NCBI GenBank assembly: GCA_947474715.1
Contig: CANJJT010000002.1
Coordinates: 47,500 to 111,499, forward strand
Length of the DNA stretch: 64,000 nucleotides
Origin: Betaproteobacteria bacterium
GTDB lineage: Bacteria; Pseudomonadota; Gammaproteobacteria; Burkholderiales; SG8-39
Reading direction: 5' to 3'
Under the pieces are notes generated by a model, which searched no databases, was not told where the DNA came from, and saw only the letters and a program-made list of their open reading frames with translations. A program made the translations under genes and the position numbers. Shown one piece after another: positions 23,261-32,261 of this stretch. Within the stretch, counting starts at the first letter, position 1; each line of letters starts with the position of its first letter.

Positions 23261-24286
23261 CTACTCCTGCAGCCGGATGCCATTGTCGTCCACCACCTTC
23301 TGCCAGCGCGCCGTCTCGGTGGCGATGAGCTGGCGGAACTGCGCTGGCGTGCTGCCCACTGCGGTGCTGCCCTCGGCCTCCAGGGCGGCCACCACCTCGG
23401 GCACCCGCGCAACCCTGGCGAAGGCCTCGCTCAGCTTGTTGACGATGGCCGGTGGTGTTCCCGCCGAGGCGATGAAGCCGATCCAGTTCGAGTAGTTGTA
23501 GCCAGGCACACCCTGCTCGGCCACAGTGGGCACCTCCGGCATCAGCCGGGAACGCTTGTCGTTGAGGATGGCAATGGGCCGCACCTTGCCCTGGCGGATG
23601 ATGGGCAGGGCCGCCACCAGCGTGCCCGAAGCCACATCGACGCGCCCGGCCACCAGTTCCAGCAGCAACGGCCCGGTGCCCTTGTAAGGGATGAAGGTGA
23701 CCCGGGTGCCGGTGGCGCCATGCATCCAGGCGCCCGCCAGATGGGTGATGCTGCCCGCGCCGGTGGTGCCATAGTTGATCTTGCCCGGGTTGGCACGCGC
23801 ATGGGCGATGTACTCGGGGAAGCTCTTCACCGGGAAGGACTCCGGCACCTGCAGCACCGAGGTGCGCTCGCTCATCAGCGACACCGGAGCGAAGTCCTTC
23901 ACCACATCGAAGCTCAAATCCTTGTAGAACGAGGGGAACACGGTGAAGCCGGCTGACACCACCATCAGCGTGTAACCATCGGGTTTCGCCCGCGCCACCA
24001 GCGCTGCGCCGATGGTGCCCGAGGCACCCGGCTTGAAATCCAGCACGAAGGACTGGCCCAGCATGGCGCCGATACGCGGGGTGTACAGGCGCGCTTCCAG
24101 GTCGATGGGACCGCCCGCCGCAATGCCCGCCACCACCATCACCGGCCGCGCCGGGTAGCCATCGGCCGCCTGCGCCTTCGCCGCGGGCGCCCAGCCTGTC
24201 GCTCCCGCGCCAAGGGTCATGGTCATAGTCAGTGCTGCAACAGCCCGGGGCGTCATCAGACAGGTCTCAAACCAGCAGGTCTTCAT
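23261..24286 (-). CDS. Bug-family substrate-binding protein, no. 2
   Basis: AADGYPARPVMVVAGIAAGGPID..INYGTTGAGSITHLAGAW..IPYKGTGPLLLELVAGRVD. Start ATG at 24286 (or 24256); the longer ORF-track N-terminus was rejected. Confidence 0.9.
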   Translation of the reverse strand: MKTCWFETCLMTPRAVAALTMTMTLGAGATGWAPAAKAQAADGYPARPVMVVAGIAAGGPIDLEARLYTPRIGAMLGQSFVLDFKPGASGTIGAALVARAKPDGYTLMVVSAGFTVFPSFYKDLSFDVVKDFAPVSLMSERTSVLQVPESFPVKSFPEYIAHARANPGKINYGTTGAGSITHLAGAWMHGATGTRVTFIPYKGTGPLLLELVAGRVDVASGTLVAALPIIRQGKVRPIAILNDKRSRLMPEVPTVAEQGVPGYNYSNWIGFIASAGTPPAIVNKLSEAFARVARVPEVVAALEAEGSTAVGSTPAQFRQLIATETARWQKVVDDNGIRLQE

Positions 24287-24453
24287 AGGCATGCCTTCGT
24301 TCGTCGGTGACCGTGGAAACCCAAGCTTAGGCGCGCAATCCATCAGAGTAAAATAGCATCTGGTGATCCTCCCATCACAAATCATGATGTGACCGCGCTG
24401 CCGGCGCGGGGTGAATGGCGTGGCACCCGCTTCGCAACAGACGCCCGGGCCCC

Positions 24454-25449
24454 ATGGAAATCCGCCAGCTCCGCTACTTCGCCCGCACCTTCGAGATGGG
24501 CAACATCACGCGTGCCGCCGCGGCGCTGTCCATCGTGCAACCAGCGCTGAGCCAGCAGCTGTTGCGCCTGGAGAACGAATTAGGCGTGCGCCTGCTGGTG
24601 CGCTCCTCCAAGGGCATCGTCCCCACCGAGGCAGGCCGGGTGTTCTACCAGTACGTGCGCTCCGTGCTGCGCCAGCTGGAGCATGCTCGCTCGGCCGTGC
24701 AGCTGAAGTCCTCGTCCTCGCCCATGCCGCTGGTGGGCGCGGTGACCATGGGTCTTGCCCCGACCACCGCCTCGGCCATCGGCTTCAATCTGCTGCAGGT
24801 GTTTCGCGACAAGCATCCCGGGGTGGTGCTCAATATCGTCGAGGCCTTCGCCGGTGACCTGGAGAAGATGCTGCTCTCGCGCAAGCTCGACCTGGCCATT
24901 CTGTTCTCACCCAAGCTGCCGCGCGACATCGAGCGCACCCACATGGTCGACGAGCGCATCTACCTCATCCTCAAGAAGAAGCGCGGCACACGCGTGCCGC
25001 CGCAAGTGAGCCTGCGCGAGGCGGCCACCCACCCGCTGGTGCTGCCCACGCGCCTGCATGGCTTTCGCCAGACGCTGGACAACGCCATGGCGCAGCAGCG
25101 ACTGCGCCCCAACATCGTCGCCGAGGTGGACTCGGTGAGCGTGCTCATGGAATGCGTGGCCCACGGCCTGGCCGGCACCATACAGCCCTGGTCGGCCGTA
25201 CACCGCATTGCCGGCGAAGTGAGCCATGCGGAAATCATCGACCGCGACCTGTTCCGGCCGAACTTCCTCTGCTCGCTCTCCAGCGAGCTGCTGTCGCCGG
25301 TGGCCAGCGTGGCCCGCGACCTGATCCGCGATGAGACCCTCAAGCTGGTGGCGGGCGACGGGTGGACGGGCATGGCTGCTGCAAGACCTGTCAGGCCGGC
25401 GAGGAAAGCGCCCAACCCGCGCAGGAAGGCCGACCATCACCCCGGCTGA
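24454..25449 (+). CDS. LysR-family transcriptional regulator
   Basis: MEIRQLRYFARTFEMGNITRAAAALSIVQPALSQQLLRLENELGVRLL HTH. Divergent from Bug no. 2. Confidence 0.9.
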   Translation: MEIRQLRYFARTFEMGNITRAAAALSIVQPALSQQLLRLENELGVRLLVRSSKGIVPTEAGRVFYQYVRSVLRQLEHARSAVQLKSSSSPMPLVGAVTMGLAPTTASAIGFNLLQVFRDKHPGVVLNIVEAFAGDLEKMLLSRKLDLAILFSPKLPRDIERTHMVDERIYLILKKKRGTRVPPQVSLREAATHPLVLPTRLHGFRQTLDNAMAQQRLRPNIVAEVDSVSVLMECVAHGLAGTIQPWSAVHRIAGEVSHAEIIDRDLFRPNFLCSLSSELLSPVASVARDLIRDETLKLVAGDGWTGMAAARPVRPARKAPNPRRKADHHPG

Positions 25450-25518
25450 TAGGGGCATCAGCATTCCATATTGGTGACAAATGTGGCGGACGCTTAAGCT
25501 GCCGACAGTCGCAAGGAG

Positions 25519-26502
25519 ATGTCCATGCCCCACTTCAACTTCACCATCCGCTTGATGCGCAGACTGGCTGCCTGCACAGCTGGTGCGCTGCTCGCCACCA
25601 CTGCCTGGTCCCAGGCTTATCCGACCCGGCCTGTCACCCTGATTGCCGCCGAAGCCGGCGGTGCCAACGACATCCCCGCCCGGCTGATCGCCCAGGCCCT
25701 GTCGGGCCGGCTCAGCCAGCAGTTCGTCGTGGTGAACCGGCCCGGCGGTGTGGTCGCCGGCGGCCTGCTGGCGAAGGCCGCGCCCGACGGCCACACCCTG
25801 ATGTTCTACGGCAGCAGCATCTGGCTGCTGCCCTTCCTGCAGGATGGCGTGACCTGGGATCCGGCGAAGGATTTCGCCCCCATCACCCTCTCGTCCAGCT
25901 CACCCAACATGCTGGTGGTGAACAACGAGCTGCCGGTGGCCACGGTGCAGGAACTGATTGCCCTCGCCAAAGCCAGGCCCGGCCAGCTCAATTACGGTAC
26001 CGCCTCGGCGGGCTCGGGCAACCACCTGGCGGCGGAACTGTTCAAGATCATGGGTGGGGTGAATGTGGTGGGCGTGAAGTACAAGGGTGCCGCCCTGGCG
26101 CTCAATGACCTCATGGCCGGACGCCTGCAGTTCATGTTCCCCGCGGCCGCCTCGGTGAGCGGCCACATCAAGACCGGCAAGGTCAAGGCCCTGGCCGTCA
26201 CCAGCCTCAAGCCCTCGCCACTGGCGCCGGGCCTGCCGACCGTGGCATCGGCCGGACTGGCCGGCTACGAATCCCGCCAGGTGCACGGCATCTTCGCCAC
26301 CGGCGGCACGCCCGCCTCCATCATCAATCGCCTGAACCAGGAAATCATCGCCTACCTCTCCCTGCCCGAAACCCGGGAACGCTTTCAGGGTATCGGTCTG
26401 GAAACCGTGGGCTCCACACCGGAGGAGTTGTCCGCCGTGGTGAAGAAGGACATGGCGGTGCTGGGCAAGCTCATCAGGGATTTGGCGATACGGATCGAGT
26501 GA
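25519..26502 (+). CDS. Bug-family substrate-binding protein, no. 3
   Basis: QAYPTRPVTLIAAEAGGANDI..LNYGTASAGSGNHLAAELF..VKYKGAALALNDLMAGRLQ. Confidence 0.9.
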   Translation: MSMPHFNFTIRLMRRLAACTAGALLATTAWSQAYPTRPVTLIAAEAGGANDIPARLIAQALSGRLSQQFVVVNRPGGVVAGGLLAKAAPDGHTLMFYGSSIWLLPFLQDGVTWDPAKDFAPITLSSSSPNMLVVNNELPVATVQELIALAKARPGQLNYGTASAGSGNHLAAELFKIMGGVNVVGVKYKGAALALNDLMAGRLQFMFPAAASVSGHIKTGKVKALAVTSLKPSPLAPGLPTVASAGLAGYESRQVHGIFATGGTPASIINRLNQEIIAYLSLPETRERFQGIGLETVGSTPEELSAVVKKDMAVLGKLIRDLAIRIE

Positions 26503-26526
26503 GGCGGGGAACAAAACCGCAGTACT

Positions 26527-26781
26527 GTTAACCCCCTTGTCAAAGGGGGCCGACTGGCCGCAGGCCAGCGGGGGGATTTTGGCCGACCAGGCTGGTCTCA
26601 TGGCCTTTCGCCGACATTGCATGAACCCTGCACACGGCTGTTGCCTTGTAGATGGGAAGCACCGGAGAACACTCAGGGCCCGCATCCGGTCATGACTGGC
26701 GAACGATCAAGGCATCGGTAGAAAATCCCCCCGCTCGTTCTCTGCGCTCACGTGTCGGCCCCCTTTGACAAGGGGGTAAAC
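26527..26781. mobile_element. ~255-bp MITE-like element, copy 1
   Basis: Terminal inverted repeats GTTAACCCCCTTGTCAAAGGGGGCCGAC ... GTCGGCCCCCTTTGACAAGGGGGTAAAC. Its reverse complement aligns along the whole length with 54344-54600. No intact ORF. Confidence 0.85.
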
Positions 26782-26807
26782 CTGCTGATGGCCGCAGCCC
26801 CCGGATC

Positions 26808-26840
26808 AGAAAAAAGGCCGCACCCTTGCGGATGCGGCCT
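26808..26840 (-). terminator. Intrinsic terminator of the enoyl-CoA hydratase gene
   Basis: The minus strand reads GGCCGCATCCGCAAGGGTGCGGCC followed by TTTTTT, about 45 nt after the stop at 26883. Confidence 0.8.
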
Positions 26841-26843
26841 GCG

Positions 26844-26874
26844 GCCTTGCTGCCTTGCTGCCTTGCTGCCTTGC
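26844..26874. repeat. 8-bp microsatellite (GCCTTGCT) x ~3.9
   Basis: GCCTTGCTGCCTTGCTGCCTTGCTGCCTTGC between the stop codon and the terminator. Confidence 0.9.
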
Positions 26875-26882
26875 GGTGCAGC

Positions 26883-27680
26883 TCAGCGCGCGTTGAAGGG
26901 CTTGGGCGCACGCTTCTCGACAAAGGCGCGCGTGGCTTCCTGGAAGTCCTCGGACAGGTAGAGCTTGTTCAGGCTGGCATAGCGCAGCGCCTGCTGCTTG
27001 CGGTCTTCCAGTTCCCAGCGGCGCTGCTGGATGCAGGCACGCACCGCCAGCGGCGGGTTCTTGTTGATGGTGGCGGCCAGTTCCTTGGCTACCTCCAGAT
27101 GCTGGCCCTTGGGCGCGAGGCGGTCGACAACACCGGCCTTGTGGGCCTCGGCGGCGTCGAAGAAGCGCCCGGTGAGGCTCACGTCCACGGCAAAGCTGCC
27201 CAGGCCGCGATAGGCCATCAGGTTGATCAGCTTGCCCGAGCCGGCCAGGCCGCGCGGGGTCTCGGTGATCTGGAACTTCGCATCTTCGCCCGCCACGCAC
27301 ATGTCGGCGTCGAAGGCGAGCGTGATACCCAGGCCCAGGCAGTAACCGTGCACGGCTGACAGCACCGGCTTCCAGTTGACCGAGCGGCTGAAGATGTCCG
27401 AGCTTTTGGCATCCTGGGCCGAGGGGCCGCCGCGCTTTTTCAGGTCGGCCGCACTGCTGGCCTGGCGCGCCTTGACGTCGGCGCCGCTGGTGAAGGCACG
27501 GCCGTTGCCGCAGATGATGGCGGTCCAGGCATCGTCATCCATGTCGAAATGGCGCAGGGCGGCCATCAACTCGCGCACCATGTTGTCGTCGAAGGCGTTC
27601 AGCTTTTCCGGGCGGTTGAGCGTGATCACGGCAATGCGGTCGGCGCACTCGTAGGTCACAACGGATTTCTGTTCTTCCAT
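26883..27680 (-). CDS. Enoyl-CoA hydratase/isomerase (crotonase) family protein
   Basis: 265 aa; VITLNRPEKLNAF..GNGRAFTSGADV..VHGYCLGLGITLAFDADMCVAGEDAKF crotonase motifs. Confidence 0.88.
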   Translation of the reverse strand: MEEQKSVVTYECADRIAVITLNRPEKLNAFDDNMVRELMAALRHFDMDDDAWTAIICGNGRAFTSGADVKARQASSAADLKKRGGPSAQDAKSSDIFSRSVNWKPVLSAVHGYCLGLGITLAFDADMCVAGEDAKFQITETPRGLAGSGKLINLMAYRGLGSFAVDVSLTGRFFDAAEAHKAGVVDRLAPKGQHLEVAKELAATINKNPPLAVRACIQQRRWELEDRKQQALRYASLNKLYLSEDFQEATRAFVEKRAPKPFNAR

Positions 27681-27732
27681 GGGAAATTCCTGTCAGGGTT
27701 GGGGTTGAAGAAAGCTTGGTGAGTGTAGAGCC

Positions 27733-29862
27733 TCAGCGCAGGACGACCAGCGCATCGGCGGCAATGGCGCCCTCGCCACGCGCGCGAAGCAGGAGCGGAT
27801 TGATATCAATTTCGGATACTTGTTCTCGTCGATAATAAGCAAATTCGGATATTGTAATCAGCACATCAGCCAGCGCATCGATGTCGCAGGCGGGCCGGCC
27901 GCGCACGCCGCCGAACACGCTGGACGCGCGCAGCTCGCCGATCATCTGCAGCGCCTGGCTGCGGTCCACCGGCGCCACGCGATAGGTGACATCGCGCATG
28001 GCCTCGGCCAGCACGCCGCCCATGCCCAGCATCAGCACCGGGCCGAACACCTCGTCCGTGACCACGCCGACGATGAGCTCGACGCCGTCGCGGACCATCT
28101 CCGACACCAGCACGCCCTCGATGTGCGCGTCAGGCCTGGCGCGGCGGGCGTTGGCCAGCACCGTGTCCACGGCGCGCTGCAGCCCGGCCGCATCGGCGAT
28201 GTCGAGCAGCACGCCACCGACTTCGGTTTTGTGCGCGATGTCGGGCGAGAGAATCTTCACGGCCACCGGCCAGCCCATGCCGGCAGGCAGGCCCGCCCTG
28301 ATCGAGCCCTGTTGGTCCACGGCCAGCACGGCGTCACGCGTCACGCGGATGCCGATGGACTGCAGCAGCGCCTTGCTGTGCGCCTCGTCGAGCACCCCGC
28401 GGGCGCCCTCCAGCCCTGGCAGCTCGTGAAACGCCGATCCCGCCGCCACCGCCGGCCGGCGCTGCGCCAATGCACTGCGCGCCTCGGCGTAATCGCAGAG
28501 CATGGCGGCCGCGCGTGCCACGCGCACCGGCGAGCGCAGCACCGGGATGCGCGCCGCCTCGTAAATGGCCATGGGCTCGGGCACCAGCTCGCGATCGATG
28601 GCGGTGAAGACGAACAAGGGCTTGTCGGTACGCGCGGCCGCCGCCGCCATCACCTCGGCCCCGGTCCTGGCACGCTCGCCCAACGCGGTGGGCGTCATCA
28701 GCATGATCTGGTGCATGTCCGGATCGTCAATGAGCGCATTCACGGTCTCGGTGAAGCTGTCGCGCTGGGCATGGCTGATGCCGCCGCCGCCCAGGTCCAG
28801 GGGATTGCGCCGGGTGTGCGCCTTGGGCACGGCCCGTGCAATCCGCTCGGCGGTGGCATCGGCCGGCGCCGGCAGGTTCAGCCGGTACTGGTCGGCGGCA
28901 TCGGACATCACCACTGCGGTGCCACCCGAGGGGGTCAGCACGGCGATGTTGCGCCCGCGCGGATAGCGCCGGCCGGCCAGCGATTTGATGTAGTCGGTGA
29001 CCTGCTCCATCTCGGTGAGGTCGATGATGCCGTGCTGGCGAAAAGCGGCGCGCCAGACGTCATAGCTGCCAGTCATGTTGGCGGTGTGGCTGGCCGCGGC
29101 GCGCACGCCCTGCGTGCCCTTGCCCGCCTTCCAGATCATCAGCGGTTTGCCTGCGGCGAGCGCACGGTCGGCCGCGGCCAGCAACGCCAGGCCATCCATC
29201 ACGCCCTCCAGATAGGCGACGATGATTTCCGTCTGCGGGTCATCCACCAGCAGGTCGATCAGTTCCGGCGCGGTGAGGTCGGCCTCGTTGCCACTGGCGA
29301 TCAGCATGCGCATGCCGATGCCCTCGCTGCGGCAGGCCAGCGCCAGACCATAGCCGAAGCCACCGCTCTGCAGCACCATGGACACCGGGCCGGGCGCCAT
29401 CTGTGGCGGGCGCGACATGCTGCCGAAGCAGGCGTACATGCGGCTGTGGATGTTGGCGATGCCATTGCAGTTGGGGCCGATGATGCGCAGGCCATGCGCG
29501 CGCGCATGGGCCACCATCTGCTGCTGCAGCGCCAGGCCCGCCGGCCCCACTTCACGAAAACCACCGCCCAGCACCACGGCATAGCCGATGCCGCATTCAC
29601 CGCAGGTCTTCACCATGTCCACCGCCGCGGCCGCAGGCAGCGCGATCACGGCAATGTCCACCGGCTCCGTGATGTCGGCGGGCGAGGCATGGCAGCGATA
29701 GCCGCCCACCGTCTGGTAGCGCGGGTTGACCGGATAAATGCCGCCCTGGTAACCATCGCGCTTGAGCGCGGCAATGGGCTGGCTGCCGGGGCGGCCGGGA
29801 TCATCGGAGGCGCCGATGATGGCGATGCCGCGGGCATTGAACAGGCGGTCGTGGCGATTCAT
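27733..29862 (-). CDS. Acyl-CoA synthetase, NDP-forming type (CoA-binding + succinyl-CoA-synthetase-like + ATP-grasp)
   Basis: 709 aa. LFNARGIAIIGASDDPGRPGSQ..GGIYPVNPRY CoA-binding start, QSGGFG, C-terminal ATP-grasp (WPVAVKILSPDIAHKTEVGGVLL). Confidence 0.85.
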   Translation of the reverse strand: MNRHDRLFNARGIAIIGASDDPGRPGSQPIAALKRDGYQGGIYPVNPRYQTVGGYRCHASPADITEPVDIAVIALPAAAAVDMVKTCGECGIGYAVVLGGGFREVGPAGLALQQQMVAHARAHGLRIIGPNCNGIANIHSRMYACFGSMSRPPQMAPGPVSMVLQSGGFGYGLALACRSEGIGMRMLIASGNEADLTAPELIDLLVDDPQTEIIVAYLEGVMDGLALLAAADRALAAGKPLMIWKAGKGTQGVRAAASHTANMTGSYDVWRAAFRQHGIIDLTEMEQVTDYIKSLAGRRYPRGRNIAVLTPSGGTAVVMSDAADQYRLNLPAPADATAERIARAVPKAHTRRNPLDLGGGGISHAQRDSFTETVNALIDDPDMHQIMLMTPTALGERARTGAEVMAAAAARTDKPLFVFTAIDRELVPEPMAIYEAARIPVLRSPVRVARAAAMLCDYAEARSALAQRRPAVAAGSAFHELPGLEGARGVLDEAHSKALLQSIGIRVTRDAVLAVDQQGSIRAGLPAGMGWPVAVKILSPDIAHKTEVGGVLLDIADAAGLQRAVDTVLANARRARPDAHIEGVLVSEMVRDGVELIVGVVTDEVFGPVLMLGMGGVLAEAMRDVTYRVAPVDRSQALQMIGELRASSVFGGVRGRPACDIDALADVLITISEFAYYRREQVSEIDINPLLLRARGEGAIAADALVVLR

Positions 29863-30070
29863 GGGGTCAGGAACGCGGGCGCTGCGCCAGAGCGGGTGAC
29901 GCCGGACTGCTGCGGCCGTGGTCGGCGGTGGATGGCTGCGGTGAATTCACGCGACAGCCTAAAGGGTCTGGCCCACGCCGTAAAATAGCTTGTACTGATC
30001 CCCCCATCACCATTCGTGATGAAGGCTCTGCGGGCGATCACCAAACAAGAAAGACCTGAGAGGAAACGCC

Positions 30071-30952
30071 ATGGATTCCGCCACGCCGCCCGCCCCCCTT
30101 CCCTCGGCCCCCGCCTTCAAGGCACCGGCCGGCTCGGCCGACTGCCACGTGCACGTGATGGGCCCCTTCGACCGCTTCCCGCTGCCCGACCGGCCCGGCT
30201 ACCTGCCGCCGCTCGCCCCCGCGGAGAACTTCATCGCCGGACTCGACCGGCGCGGCCTCACCCGTGGGGTCATCGTGCAATCCTCCTCGCACGGCAAGGA
30301 CATCCGGGTGCTGCTCGATGCCCTGCAGCGCTACCCGCAACGCCTGCGCGGCGTGGGGCTGGCCGACGAGACGGTCACCGACAAGGAACTCGAGGCCATG
30401 CGCGCGGCCGGCGTGAAGGGCCTGCGCTTCACCGGCCACCCGCACGTCGGCAAGAACAAGGGCGGGCACTCCGGCAGCGTGCCGCTGGACACCCTGTACG
30501 TCATGGCACCGCGGTTGAAGGCATTCGGCCTGCACGCCCAGTTGTGGATGCACTGCGACGAACTGGCCGAGCACGTGCCCAAATTGCTGGTGCTGGGCGT
30601 GCCGCTGGTGCTGGACCACATGGGGCGCTTCGACACGGCCAGCGGGCTTGATCATCCGGGTTTTCGCAACCTCGTCTCCCTGCTGCGCAACGAGGACATC
30701 TGGACCAAGCTGATCCCGGCGCGCAATTCGGTGCAGTTTCCCGGCTTTGCCGATGTGCGCCCTTTCCACGAGGCGCTGGTGGAGGCCAACCCCGACCGCC
30801 TGGTCTGGGGCAGCGACTGGCCACACACCAATTCGGGCGACCAGATCCCCGATGGCGGCAAACTGCTCGATCTGTTCGCCGGGTGGACCCCCTCGCCGGA
30901 CCTGCAAAGGAAGATTTTGTCGAGCAATGCGGCAAAGTTGTACGGGTTCTGA
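30071..30952 (+). CDS. Amidohydrolase-2 family hydrolase (LigI / 2-pyrone-4,6-dicarboxylate lactonase-like)
   Basis: GSADCHVHVMGPFDRFPL..GVIVQSSSHGKD..PLVLDHMGRFD..LVWGSDWPH metal-ligand pattern. Confidence 0.8.
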   Translation: MDSATPPAPLPSAPAFKAPAGSADCHVHVMGPFDRFPLPDRPGYLPPLAPAENFIAGLDRRGLTRGVIVQSSSHGKDIRVLLDALQRYPQRLRGVGLADETVTDKELEAMRAAGVKGLRFTGHPHVGKNKGGHSGSVPLDTLYVMAPRLKAFGLHAQLWMHCDELAEHVPKLLVLGVPLVLDHMGRFDTASGLDHPGFRNLVSLLRNEDIWTKLIPARNSVQFPGFADVRPFHEALVEANPDRLVWGSDWPHTNSGDQIPDGGKLLDLFAGWTPSPDLQRKILSSNAAKLYGF

Positions 30953-31250
30953 AACACGTGCAGTTTGCGAGGTCTTCCGAAGCCATTGCGAATTAGTTCG
31001 CAGGCGCGGGAAGATATCTGAAAGCGCATAATAGTCGGCGCAATCAACGAGGGAGGGAGGCCCATGCCTCGGGGCATCGTCGGAGGTCCGCCAGACAGCG
31101 TGGCTTCAACCCGCCCGGGGCTGCCATCCCGCTCGGCACGCCGAGCCGCTCTTGCTTCGGAGCAGTGCAACACTGTCGTGTCACTGTCATGCGCGCAAGT
31201 CATCACGCTGCCTGCTGGAGCGCCAACCTGTCCGGGCCGGGACTGCTGAC

Positions 31251-32261
31251 ATGACTGCCCCTGCCTTTCCCACATTCCGGGCAGGCTTGGCCGACAGCAT
31301 GATCACGCTGCTGATCTGCCTCGGCATCAGCATGCCGGGCATGGTGATGGCCCAGGGAGCAGGCACACCGGTCATCGCTTGGCTCTCCCCGGATGGCGAT
31401 CGATACAGCCGCGCCGGCTTCGATGGCTTCACCGCCGGGCTGCGCAATCTAGGGCTGGCCGACGGTCGCAATATCCGCATAACCCCTTATTGGGCCATGG
31501 GCTCCGATGCCAAGCTGGAGCAGATGGCGCGCGCGGCGGTACGCAGCCGCCCGGCCATCATCGTCACGCAGACCAAGGCGGTGTTCCAGGCCAAAGCAGC
31601 CGGGGCCGACATGCCGGTGGTGTTCGGTTTCAGTGGCGATCCGGTGGTGGGCAAGCTGGTGTCGTCCCTGGCGCGGCCCGGCGGCAATTACACCGGTGTG
31701 TCGCTCATGTCGCTGGAACTGGTGGGCATGCGCATGCAGGTGCTGAAGGAACTGCTGCCGCAACTGCGTCGCGTTGGTGTCATGGCCAATCCCGGTCACC
31801 CGGGGGAAGAGGCTGAGCGACACGCCTCCGAAGCCGCAGCCAGGCAACTGGGCCTGGAGATCGACTATCACCCGGTGCGCAACAAGGAGGACGTCGAGCG
31901 GGCCCTGGAAGCCATTGCGCGTGCAGGCAACGGCGCCATCCTGCTGTTTCCCGACAATGGCACCCTCCGATACAGCAAGCGCATCGCCGATTTCTCGAAG
32001 AAAACCCGCATCCCGGCCATCTCGGGCTGGGCAGAATTCGCCGACCGGGGCAACCTGGCCAGCTACGGCCCCGACCTGCGCGAGTCCTATGGCAGCCTTT
32101 CCGGATATGTGGACAAGATACTCAAGGGAGCCAAGCCCGGTGAACTGCCAGTGCAGTTGCCTTCGCGCGTGGAACTGGTGGTGAACCTCAAGACCGCCCG
32201 GGCCATCGGGCTGAAAGTGCCCCGCAGCGTATTGCTGCGCGCCAACCGGGTCATCGAATGA
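31251..32261 (+). CDS. Periplasmic substrate-binding protein of the ABC_sub_bind type (PF04392-like)
   Basis: Signal peptide, VIAWLSPDG.., PVVFGFSGDPVVGKLVSSLARPGGNYTGVS, ELVVNLKTARAIGLKVPRSVLLRANRVIE. The stop overlaps the kinase start (ATGA). Start is ATG 31251 or 31299. Confidence 0.75.
   Translation: MTAPAFPTFRAGLADSMITLLICLGISMPGMVMAQGAGTPVIAWLSPDGDRYSRAGFDGFTAGLRNLGLADGRNIRITPYWAMGSDAKLEQMARAAVRSRPAIIVTQTKAVFQAKAAGADMPVVFGFSGDPVVGKLVSSLARPGGNYTGVSLMSLELVGMRMQVLKELLPQLRRVGVMANPGHPGEEAERHASEAAARQLGLEIDYHPVRNKEDVERALEAIARAGNGAILLFPDNGTLRYSKRIADFSKKTRIPAISGWAEFADRGNLASYGPDLRESYGSLSGYVDKILKGAKPGELPVQLPSRVELVVNLKTARAIGLKVPRSVLLRANRVIE

Noticed and set aside
24419-24433. Sigma-54-like TGGCAC-N5-TCGC upstream of the LysR gene
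   Set aside because: Mismatch in the -12 element. It lies only ~20 nt from the ATG, and LysR genes are not typical sigma-54 targets.
27820-29988. 722-aa plus-strand ORF antisense to the acyl-CoA synthetase. Similar antisense giants lie at 42521-44038, 45731-46969, 52582-54030 and 59088-60194.
   Set aside because: All are shadow ORFs opposite well-supported genes. Their composition is Arg/Gly/His/Ala-biased and they have no domain signatures.
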